47,459 bases of DNA, taken from positions 1 through 47,459 of the IMG/VR virus record IMGVR_UViG_3300045988_079530. One strand, written 5' to 3'. This DNA is from a virus. The translations under genes and the position numbers were made by a program. Shown piece after piece: positions 34,222 through 42,400 of the stretch; positions within the stretch are counted from its first letter, which is position 1, and every line of letters starts with the position of its first letter. The notes beneath the pieces are model-generated. The model saw nothing but the letters and a program-made list of their open reading frames with translations, searched no databases and was not told where the DNA came from.

Positions 34222-34482
34222 CTAGGATTTTATTTCTTTGTAAAGTTTGGTTATAATATCCTTCATCTCTTTTACAGATTCTTCCAGCCCAATAAGACGC
34301 TGTTCGTTTTCCTGCTTTGCTCGGATCTCCGGGTTAAGATCTGCCAGCATATTTGTAGTTTTATCTAGATCCTCTTTAGCTTTATCTACTCCGCTTAGAT
34401 ACTGCTCTAGACTTCCTTTCTTTGCCTCCAGCTCTCTAATTATCCCGTCTTTATCTTGTAGATAGTACCAAGTCTCCAGCAT
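34222..34482 (-). CDS. Hypothetical coiled-coil protein (86 aa)
   Basis: ORF overlapping the upstream gene by 32 nt. Confidence 0.45.
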   Translation of the reverse strand: MLETWYYLQDKDGIIRELEAKKGSLEQYLSGVDKAKEDLDKTTNMLADLNPEIRAKQENEQRLIGLEESVKEMKDIITKLYKEIKS

Positions 34483-34693
34483 AAGCTATTGACATGCTAT
34501 CGGGTATTGCGTATGTAGCAGTCTTTCCATCTGCTTCGATTGCGACATCTACAACCGTTTTTCCCATAGCCATTGGATTCGTGTTATCAATGTGAGGAAA
34601 TGAAACAGAAGTAACTTTCCCCTGTTTATATGTAACATTCTGTTTATCTAGAATGTATACCGGATAATTTTGTTTAACGTCCTTAAATTGCAT
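34451..34693 (-). CDS. Hypothetical protein (80 aa)
   Basis: ORF. Confidence 0.5.
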   Translation of the reverse strand: MQFKDVKQNYPVYILDKQNVTYKQGKVTSVSFPHIDNTNPMAMGKTVVDVAIEADGKTATYAIPDSMSIAYAGDLVLSTR

Positions 34694-34702
34694 AACTATT
34701 AA

Positions 34703-34746
34703 ATTTAAAGTAAACAGCCGGGGAGGAATATTAATACCTTCCCGGC
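34703..34746 (-). terminator. Hairpin terminator closing the Cys-rich gene pair
   Basis: 11-bp stem AGCCGGGGAGG/CCTTCCCGGCT with one mismatch, followed by GUUUACUUUAAAUUU. Confidence 0.5.
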
Positions 34747-34757
34747 TTAAATTAAGA

Positions 34758-35171
34758 CTAAGCTGCCACTAGAGCAATAGTAAGGGAATCATTAATAACA
34801 TACCCGTGAGCGCATCCTTTACTATCGATACAGGTCGGAGTTTGAATACGTCCGGTAGATGTTATATTAACAGAGGCCGGAAGAGATGTTTGTCCTTGGA
34901 AAGCTACTTCAAATCTTTCCGTGAATGTTATAGGGGTTGCATTACAGCAATTACCCGGGGTAAGGACAAGAATCTGAGCTGTTATCGGGACAAATACCGT
35001 GCTACCTACAAGAACAGGTGTTCCGTAAGTATAGGTTACTCCCGGCTGTGTACTTAATTCCTTTGCAGCGCAATATGGCTTGCATAGTTCTTCTTTATAC
35101 GTGGCTAATACTGACAGCTGGTTATTAACCGGAGCAGCAGCAAGCCCTACAGGTGATAAATAAGTAGCCAT
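34758..35171 (-). CDS. Hypothetical beta-rich protein with three Cys pairs (137 aa)
   Basis: CKPYC, GNCCNA, and TCIDSKGCAHG. It has no signal peptide or TM segment, and its G+C is richer than the genome background. Confidence 0.6.
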   Translation of the reverse strand: MATYLSPVGLAAAPVNNQLSVLATYKEELCKPYCAAKELSTQPGVTYTYGTPVLVGSTVFVPITAQILVLTPGNCCNATPITFTERFEVAFQGQTSLPASVNITSTGRIQTPTCIDSKGCAHGYVINDSLTIALVAA

Positions 35172-35195
35172 ATCCTAATTATTAAAGTTAAACAA

Positions 35196-36011
35196 TTAGA
35201 AACCTACACCATTGCATCCGCATCCATTACCGCATCCGCATCCATTTTGCAAACGATAAAAACGCTGAGTAAGTATATCAGTCTGCTCTACCTGAGACAA
35301 CTTAGCCTTCAGATCTTGAATTTCACGAGCTTGATCATCAGATCTAAATGCATTCATTTGATCAATAATACGCTGAGTATTTGCATTTCCGGCATTGATG
35401 ATGTCGCAAGTCTGCTTCTGAGTTTCATAAGAAGAAGCAGCGAATCCCTGCGTGATAGCCTGTCCGAGATCTCTCTGACCATTTCTCAGATCGTTGGTCT
35501 GATGGCAGATCGCCAGCTGGTTCTGATAGCCCTGTTCCAAAATTGCTTTCTGTGTTCCACAGCAGCAGTCCTTAATGGCTTGGATCACGTTGCAGTCTCC
35601 CATGTTTACAGCGTTAATAACTCTTTCAGCTGAGAAACCAACCTGTCCGCCAACGGTTGCGATGGCCTGTTTCAAATCGCAGCAACACTGCTGAAGCGTG
35701 TTAAAGTCGCAGTTAAGGTTCTGAGCCAGTTGCTGTGTAGCTGAGAAATTATCCCGAATAGCCTCACGCAACAGGTTGGTGTTCTGATTCTGCTGTGCTT
35801 GGTCTTGCAGCAAAGAAAATTCAGTTCCTACACCGTTACCAAATCCGTTACCGTAACCGTTCCAGCCTCTGCCACCCAATAAAAGCAGCAACAAGAACCA
35901 CATACCATTGTTTCCACCAAAACCGTTGTTCATGCTATTAAGCAATGCGGCTTCGCTCAAACCATTATTGCCATTGTCGCAACAATAGATTTTTTCCATA
36001 CAATCACTCAT
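35196..36011 (-). CDS. Hypothetical Cys-, Gly/Asn- and Gln-rich protein with one hydrophobic segment (271 aa)
   Basis: 17 Cys by my count: CMEKIYCC, two copies of C-x8/9-CCC, and C-terminal NGCGCGNGCGCNGVGF. The hydrophobic segment is MWFLLLLLLGG, flanked by G/N/aromatic repeats. Confidence 0.6.
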   Translation of the reverse strand: MSDCMEKIYCCDNGNNGLSEAALLNSMNNGFGGNNGMWFLLLLLLGGRGWNGYGNGFGNGVGTEFSLLQDQAQQNQNTNLLREAIRDNFSATQQLAQNLNCDFNTLQQCCCDLKQAIATVGGQVGFSAERVINAVNMGDCNVIQAIKDCCCGTQKAILEQGYQNQLAICHQTNDLRNGQRDLGQAITQGFAASSYETQKQTCDIINAGNANTQRIIDQMNAFRSDDQAREIQDLKAKLSQVEQTDILTQRFYRLQNGCGCGNGCGCNGVGF

Positions 36012-36085
36012 AATTAATGATTTTTTTGCCTTCTTACTGCTTCCGGCATTGCGACTAAGAATTAATTACTTATCTTAGCTGCCAA

Positions 36086-36093
36086 CAAAGTTA
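36086..36093 (-). promoter_or_regulatory. -7 box only (TAACTTTG) upstream of the Cys-rich gene
   Basis: The -7 box matches, but no convincing -33 TTTG lies at 18-21 nt. Confidence 0.25.
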
Positions 36094-36099
36094 TATGTT

Positions 36100-36396
36100 A
36101 TGGAAAATGAAGTAAATAGGACAAAAGTCTCAATCTCAGATAGAGAATCCGAAGTTATTGAATGTTTGTCTCACGGCTTATCAGAAAAAGAAATAGGCGA
36201 GAAGTTATATATCTCGCCTAAAACCGTTAAAAACCATCTGAATAATATCAGAAGAAAACTAGGTGTTCAAAAGAACATTGAAATAATAGCATACTATATT
36301 GCAAATTTGCGCGGAAAGAAATTTGATCCTAAGTTACTCCATGAATACGGAATAAGTATTTTTATTCTTTTCTTAAATATCTGCAAAATAGAATGA
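36100..36396 (+). CDS. LuxR/GerE-family helix-turn-helix regulator (stand-alone HTH, 98 aa)
   Basis: SDRESEVIECLSHGLSEKEIGEKLYISPKTVKNHLNNIRRKLGV. This is the only credible plus-strand gene. Confidence 0.8.
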   Translation: MENEVNRTKVSISDRESEVIECLSHGLSEKEIGEKLYISPKTVKNHLNNIRRKLGVQKNIEIIAYYIANLRGKKFDPKLLHEYGISIFILFLNICKIE

Positions 36397-36745
36397 TCCT
36401 TTTTATCACTTTATATGCTTTTACAGCAAATAACCAGCATAAAACAGAACAAAGACTTATTAATATTAGCATTTTAATTCCATAAGAAAAATCGATTAAC
36501 TTAGTTCTAATAAATAGATTTACCATATGATTAACCATTAGGCAATATACACTTAATTTATACCATTTACACATTTTCCTACTATGTATCAAAATATAAA
36601 TTAGCATTATCAAAGGATGTCCTGTAATATTAGAAAAAGCCCAATATAAAAAAGTCTTTGTACTACCATTTAAAAGTAATACCCCATGTATCAGTGACAC
36701 AAAAGCACAGATAAACGGGGTATATAGCTTTATAAATTTATACAT
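36362..36745 (-). CDS. Polytopic membrane protein (~127 aa)
   Basis: The likely start is MYKFIKLYTPF at 36745, followed by about four hydrophobic helices. The 3' end overlaps the LuxR 3' end convergently by 35 nt. Confidence 0.5.
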   Translation of the reverse strand: MYKFIKLYTPFICAFVSLIHGVLLLNGSTKTFLYWAFSNITGHPLIMLIYILIHSRKMCKWYKLSVYCLMVNHMVNLFIRTKLIDFSYGIKMLILISLCSVLCWLFAVKAYKVIKRIILFCRYLRKE

Positions 36746-36746
36746 A

Positions 36747-36908
36747 TCAGAAGTTGTTTCCTTCTCCCGGCAAAGGTACTTCGCTGTTTTCGTTTTTATC
36801 GCCAGTTGGCTGCGGAGTAGCCGCAATAACTTCATCGATCTTAGCAATAGCCTCATCGTACTTTCCGGCCTTAATCAACTCTTTAGCTTCTTTCAATTTT
36901 TCTACCAT
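36747..36908 (-). CDS. Possible small ORF (53 aa)
   Basis: MVEKLKEAKELIKAGKYDEAIAKIDEVIAATPQPTGDKNENSEVPLPGEGNNF. Its stop lies 1 nt upstream of the next gene's ATG (TGATATG). Confidence 0.4.
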   Translation of the reverse strand: MVEKLKEAKELIKAGKYDEAIAKIDEVIAATPQPTGDKNENSEVPLPGEGNNF

Positions 36909-36933
36909 AATTCTAATTTTTTAGGGTTAAACA

Positions 36934-37260
36934 TTATTCGACCAAAAGATCCTGCATATACATTGCTTGCGCTGCATTCCAGCTGTTAGCAGACATCATC
37001 TTTTCAAAGGCTTCCGGCTTAATCTTATCAAAGGCCGGGATCTCGATCTCTCTGTTGGCTTCCGCATCAATGATCTTAATCTGTTCCTTCTCAGTCTTCT
37101 CGGATTCTTTAGTCTGCTCGACAAATCCGTTGAAATCATCTGCTACTTTTTTTAAAGCTCGTACTGCCTTAATTACTTTGTACTTATCCGCTGTTTCCAG
37201 CCCATCCAGCTTAGATGCACAGGCTACCGCGTAGCCTTGATTCAATTCAAATACCTTCAT
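36934..37260 (-). CDS. Hypothetical protein (108 aa)
   Basis: ORF. Confidence 0.55.
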   Translation of the reverse strand: MKVFELNQGYAVACASKLDGLETADKYKVIKAVRALKKVADDFNGFVEQTKESEKTEKEQIKIIDAEANREIEIPAFDKIKPEAFEKMMSANSWNAAQAMYMQDLLVE

Positions 37261-37516
37261 TTGTAATATTTTTTACGTCTTCGTTAAACTTATCGAAAAG
37301 GGCTTTTACCTTTTCACTGATAGAGCCGATTTCTTCGCTGAAACTTTCATCGCTTCCATTTAAACTTACGGAACTTGATACATTAATATATCCTAATTGC
37401 CGTCCGTCTTCTGCAATAATATTGAACGAAGAGTTATTATTTACTCCGTTCTTATTCCCCTTACTATCGTAAGATAGGCTTTGATTGCTGCTGTTAATTA
37501 ATACCTTGAGTGCCAT
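37247..37516 (-). CDS. Hypothetical Ser/Asn-rich protein (89 aa)
   Basis: ORF, the first gene after a terminator/promoter pair. Confidence 0.5.
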   Translation of the reverse strand: MALKVLINSSNQSLSYDSKGNKNGVNNNSSFNIIAEDGRQLGYINVSSSVSLNGSDESFSEEIGSISEKVKALFDKFNEDVKNITNEGI

Positions 37517-37541
37517 ATATTTATTTTTAAATTACCTGCTG

Positions 37542-37572
37542 CAAATATATGTATTTTATTTAATAAAAAAAA
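37542..37572 (-). promoter_or_regulatory. Promoter-like element (TTTT-N19-TATATTTG)
   Basis: Minus-strand read. The -33 lies in the terminator U-tract. Confidence 0.35.
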
Positions 37573-37598
37573 GCCCTGCCGAAATTAATCAGCAGGAC
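37564..37598 (-). terminator. Rho-independent terminator ending the late/tail operon
   Basis: Short stem CCTGC/GCAGG (plus one flanking G:C pair), followed by U8 on the minus strand. Confidence 0.5.
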
Positions 37599-37678
37599 TT
37601 AAAAATTCTAATACCTATTTTTTATTTACCCCTTATGAATTTGATGCAAATGTACTAATTATTTTTTAAATAGCAAAT

Positions 37679-38800
37679 CTACCTTTTATATTCTACATTA
37701 TAACCTCCTAAAGCAGCTCTTTTTACTCCGTTATTCCATGTTAAAGTTATCAATCCATCATAGTTTTGATACACAGTAGTTGGTAGTCTTATTATACCAG
37801 TAACTGTGTCTATTGCTCCAGTAGATCCCGATCCGGCTGTTATTGTTACGTCTCCGCTGGCAAATGCTTTTTCACTTGCTGTCCACTGCTCCCCATATTC
37901 CGTAGCAATATTGTAGCTATAATATATGCTTCCGGAATTTAAAGGAGTAGTAGTTAATCTTTTAGCTTTAATAGTAAATCTAATAAGGTTATATTCTTCC
38001 TGTATAGATGATTCAGTAACCTCAAACAGATTTTCATAGGTAGGCTTAGTATTTATTACTATGTTAGCACTCCTTTTATATAAAGGAGAATCCGGATAAG
38101 CATAAATCATTGCATTTGAAGGTATTTGCCCACCAAATACAGCTTGATCAGTGAGAAAACAAAAAGCTGTACAAGTTACCCCCGGCTGGAACCAAGATGC
38201 CTTAGTATTAATTCTTACAGACAAATTTCCACCTTTTGATACTGATTCAGATGTACCGTAAGAATAATTTACCGTTCCTGTTTTAGATGTAACTTTTACC
38301 GCAACACCAATATAAAAGTCTTTATTTAAATAATCTGTTAGGTCTGAGAATGGAATATAATTTACATTATCAGATGCGTTTTCTCTAAAAAGAATATCAA
38401 AAGAATCATTTGAATATGCACTAGCTGGAAAGCTGGGAGTATATTGCGGCAATGCTTTAGGGCTATATCCCCGATAATCTCCTAAACGATATGGTTCAGA
38501 TTCTCCACCTCTAGGCAATTCATATTCCCATTCTAAAGTTTGAATATCAGAAATCCAGTCTGCACCGCATTTAGCTGGAACTAAACCACAATATCCATTT
38601 TGAGCTTTCCAGTAAGTATCATAAGAAGGGAAAGGCTGATTTAGTCTTACTGGCTTATACTTACTCCATTTGTTAATGTTTGCACTACTTTGAAATGCGG
38701 TAACTGCGGAATTATTTACTGTTCCATTATTCGCGTTGAGGGTATCGCGGATGTCGTCCCACTTTAAATTCTCTTTTGGTAAAATTTCATATACTGCCAT
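37679..38800 (-). CDS. Hypothetical tail-associated protein (~373 aa), last gene of the late operon
   Basis: The likely start is MAVYEILPK at 38800, 4 nt after the HNH stop. Composition is beta-rich. Confidence 0.5.
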   Translation of the reverse strand: MAVYEILPKENLKWDDIRDTLNANNGTVNNSAVTAFQSSANINKWSKYKPVRLNQPFPSYDTYWKAQNGYCGLVPAKCGADWISDIQTLEWEYELPRGGESEPYRLGDYRGYSPKALPQYTPSFPASAYSNDSFDILFRENASDNVNYIPFSDLTDYLNKDFYIGVAVKVTSKTGTVNYSYGTSESVSKGGNLSVRINTKASWFQPGVTCTAFCFLTDQAVFGGQIPSNAMIYAYPDSPLYKRSANIVINTKPTYENLFEVTESSIQEEYNLIRFTIKAKRLTTTPLNSGSIYYSYNIATEYGEQWTASEKAFASGDVTITAGSGSTGAIDTVTGIIRLPTTVYQNYDGLITLTWNNGVKRAALGGYNVEYKR

Positions 38801-38804
38801 ATTA

Positions 38805-39323
38805 TTACTCCTTATATTTCCACTGATAACCACCAGCGTGACTTCTCAGCCCTTTTAAACATTTAATTATATTTGGTCTGCATATTTTGGTTTGTCGGTA
38901 TGCTTCCGCAATAGAACACCATTCTTTTAATACTTTCCCATCACTGCTTATTTGAAGTATTTTCTTTGAACGTAACGGATGATTAAATCTAGCTAAACCA
39001 CTTCTGATACCTCTTGTGCCATATTTTATATTTTCTATCATGGTACAAAATTCAAGATTATCTAAACGATTATTTTCTTTATTTTCGTCTTTGTGGTTTA
39101 TACACTCGTTCCATTGTTCTTTGGGTATAAATGTCTCTGCGATAATTCTATGAACCCTTTTATGCTTGCGAACATTATTTTTGTAAAGTTCAACTACATA
39201 ATATCCAAACTTGTTTAAACGCATTGATTTTATTTCCTTAGTAATTGCGTTTCTTATAAATCCGTTTGTCCCAGCTTCATACAAACCTTCATAACCTTTA
39301 ATAGGTTTCCAAATTTCTTTCAT
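38805..39323 (-). CDS. HNH homing endonuclease (NUMOD4 + HNH_3)
   Basis: EIWKPIKGYEGLYEAGTNGFI and HRIIAETFIPK...INHKDENKENNRLDNLEFCT. Confidence 0.85.
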   Translation of the reverse strand: MKEIWKPIKGYEGLYEAGTNGFIRNAITKEIKSMRLNKFGYYVVELYKNNVRKHKRVHRIIAETFIPKEQWNECINHKDENKENNRLDNLEFCTMIENIKYGTRGIRSGLARFNHPLRSKKILQISSDGKVLKEWCSIAEAYRQTKICRPNIIKCLKGLRSHAGGYQWKYKE

Positions 39324-39413
39324 TTTGCTACTAATTTATTTGCTACTATCTTAATTTAAAGGGTGGTGGGTGTAGTAGCGTCACCCACCGCAGTTTGCAA
39401 CCTGCTCCCTTTA

Positions 39414-39444
39414 CAAATATACTAATTTTCTTTATATTATGAAA
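39414..39444 (-). promoter_or_regulatory. Promoter-like element (TTTC-N19-TATATTTG) ahead of the HNH gene
   Basis: Minus-strand read. It is followed by the GC-rich hairpin GGTGGGTG/CACCCACC at 39365-39389. Confidence 0.4.
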
Positions 39445-42400
39445 TTATTGATCATCCAAAGTACGAACTTCTTCATAGCCTAGCTTTTTAAGTAGTTTTT
39501 TTAATATGACTATTTCTCTCTCAAGTTTCTTGATTTTCTTATCGGTTCTTGTTTCATAAGTTAGCAAGTGTCTGGCCGTATGAACGGCAAACGTATATGC
39601 TACTGTTGCATAGTCCATGCTCAAGAAATTATCCTTTTCTTCCACTGCCCACGGAAGGACAGACTGAGTATATTGTGCTGATCCTCCCAAGTTCAGTCTA
39701 TCGCATTTCATTCCTTCCCTGTTCCAGTGGTAAACGAAGGAAGGCGCTTTCGCTATATCTAATAATGATAATTTAACTTGTTGTATAATTGATTTATAAC
39801 GAATATCTGATCCATATAAAGTTACCCCACCAGTAACAAGTAGATTTCCTTCCACATATAAATGATTATTTGCGCCATCAAGTGATATAAACATTTTTGC
39901 CGCTCTATTAGAACCTTCATATTGATATACTCCTAATCTCATTTCTCCCCAGCTATTATTATAATTTCGAACACATCCGATAATATAAGATGTTTGCCAT
40001 CCACTGGCTGCTGAATCATACCATCCCAATATATTTCGTATATTTCCAGCAGGAATAGCGCCAACACCTTCCGACATAAACCTACAACTATAAATATCAG
40101 AAGCATTATTTAAATTATTTGCAATATATCCACCACCACCATTTCTATAAGATCCGTTACCGAGATAAACTGATTTTTCACCGTAACTTCGTATGAAATA
40201 AGTATCAGACATATACCATCCACCACCACCTCTAATACTATACCAACCTGAATCTCCTTGAGATCTAAACCAATCATTCGCAACATAAGAATTTGCGTAA
40301 ACTCTTGCGTCAGATGCCAATGTTAAAACATTACCTGCTGAAGTGTAAAATAATATACCTGCATATCCTGAAATATGAATTTTACTATCTCCTCCGTATG
40401 TAAATCCATACCAAGGATAACCATTATCGTGAGCGTCTGCTGGATTATATGCGAATGTTTTAGCATTCACATGAGCAAAATTAGTATTAATATTACCTAC
40501 ATTACTCATATCTCCACTTACGTTTTGAGTACCATTGAAACTTTGCCCCCATAGAGTTCTTGCGGTTTGAAGTTTTGTAGCAGAAGCCACATTGTCTGTT
40601 ATAAAAGCTAATTCATTCCATCCTAGCCAATTATCACCGTTATCTCGTAGACTTCTGTAATATATTCTATTGGCATTATTCCAGCTAAGCAATAATTCTC
40701 CAGCACCACCACCATTTACGCTTAATAAGTTACCGTAAGGTGTTGGATAACCATTGTTATACACTTGATAAAGTCTTACACCACTAGCAGGGGAGGTATT
40801 ACCAGTAGCAGCGGTTTTATTACCTTGAAAAGTAAGACCAACAACATTCGCGTTTAACGTAACATTTGCAGATCCGTCTAAACTTACAGATCCGGATAGA
40901 TAAGAACCTAGTGTTATAGTTCTAGCTGTTGCCCATTTACTTGCCGTAGCTGCATTCCCTGTAATTCCTATACCCCATGTACCACTGGCACCACTACCCG
41001 TTTTTGTCGGTGCGTCTGTAATTCCATACCCGGCCAATGTAGTCGGTTTGCTAGTTACCTCTACAAAAGAAGGCCATCTTGTAACGTATGCAGACGGAGC
41101 AGCCTTCAATAAGGCATCCCAATTGGCGTGCAAATCCGAAATTGTAGCAATGCTAACAGAAGTAAGATAGTTCTTACTAGTTACCCAGCTTTCAGTAGCG
41201 TACCCGGTTAAAGCAGTAGTAAGGTGCGACTTATTGATCTGTTCCGTGGTAGATCCGGCCAATGCCGTCCACATGGCAGACTTGTCGAAGGATGATCCGC
41301 TACCCTCTCTTGCTTTCAGAACTTTAGATCCTTCCACCTCTGACCAATAGATAGTATCGTTATCTATAGGCAAACCGTCATAGATAGTGTCAAAACCTTG
41401 CGCCCCTGTTGCATACATAGTAAGTGCCCCGGTTAATGCTAGATTTCCTTCCAGTATTAATGCTCCGTCTTCCAGCTTTCTTAACTTAATTCCAGCAATA
41501 GTTACCCAGTCCGATGCTGCCAGCGAAGGTGCTGTAATAGCTCCGGATGCCTTGATAGCGGCTGTATTCAATACAGAGGAAAAAGTCTTTTCCCCGGTTA
41601 TTGTCTGCTTAGTTCCCAGTGTAACGAAAGTACTATCTACATATTTTTTGTCGGCCTTTGTTTCTAGGATCTCTGCTAGATTATCCGTTTCTGCCATTCC
41701 GGACAAAAACGCTTCTAGTTCCTTCCACTTATTAATAATTTCATCCGTATCAGATCCTTCCAAAAAGTCATTTAACTTATTAGATACCGAAGCCAAAGCG
41801 GATGCAGTTGCATAATTCTGAGATACCCAACTTTCCGTAGCGAACCCTGTTAATGCTGTTGTAATATGGGATTTATCTATTTGCTTTTCTGAATCAGAAG
41901 TAGCAAGAGCAACCCACATAGCATTTTCATCAAAAGAACTTCCTGCACCTGCTACAGCTTTTAGTACATTGTTTTCCTTTTTGATAGTAATACCATCAAC
42001 CGCAACAGCATCCATAATTGTAGATACAGATCTACCAGCCGTTGCGTAAAATGTCATTCCTCCAGTAACAGCTACATCTGCATCTATATATACTACCCCT
42101 TCTTCTTCGTATATCTTTTTCTTAGATTTTCCAACAGAAAGACCGGGTGTAAAATGCTTTAGACCGGATATTTCCTGCTCTGTATCAATAGTGACATATT
42201 TTTCCGCTATTTCTTCTTTGGTATAAAACGGCTTTTCTCCTTGTATTTCTGACCAATTATAAGTAGGCTTAGTATCTCCGATCCATGTAGGCTTTCCGGA
42301 AATGTTACCCCATTGAACAGATCCTGCTTCGCCTCCACCTCCTTTAGCCTTTAACACCTTAGATCCATCAACAATTTCCCAATAGATAGTATCGTTATCT

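Noticed and set aside
35196-35246. The C-terminal CGCGNGCGCNG of the 271-aa protein as a thiazole/oxazole-type RiPP core peptide.
   Set aside because: The protein is far too long for a typical precursor. No cyclodehydratase, dehydrogenase or leader-peptidase genes are present in the genome. I kept only the composition-based observation.
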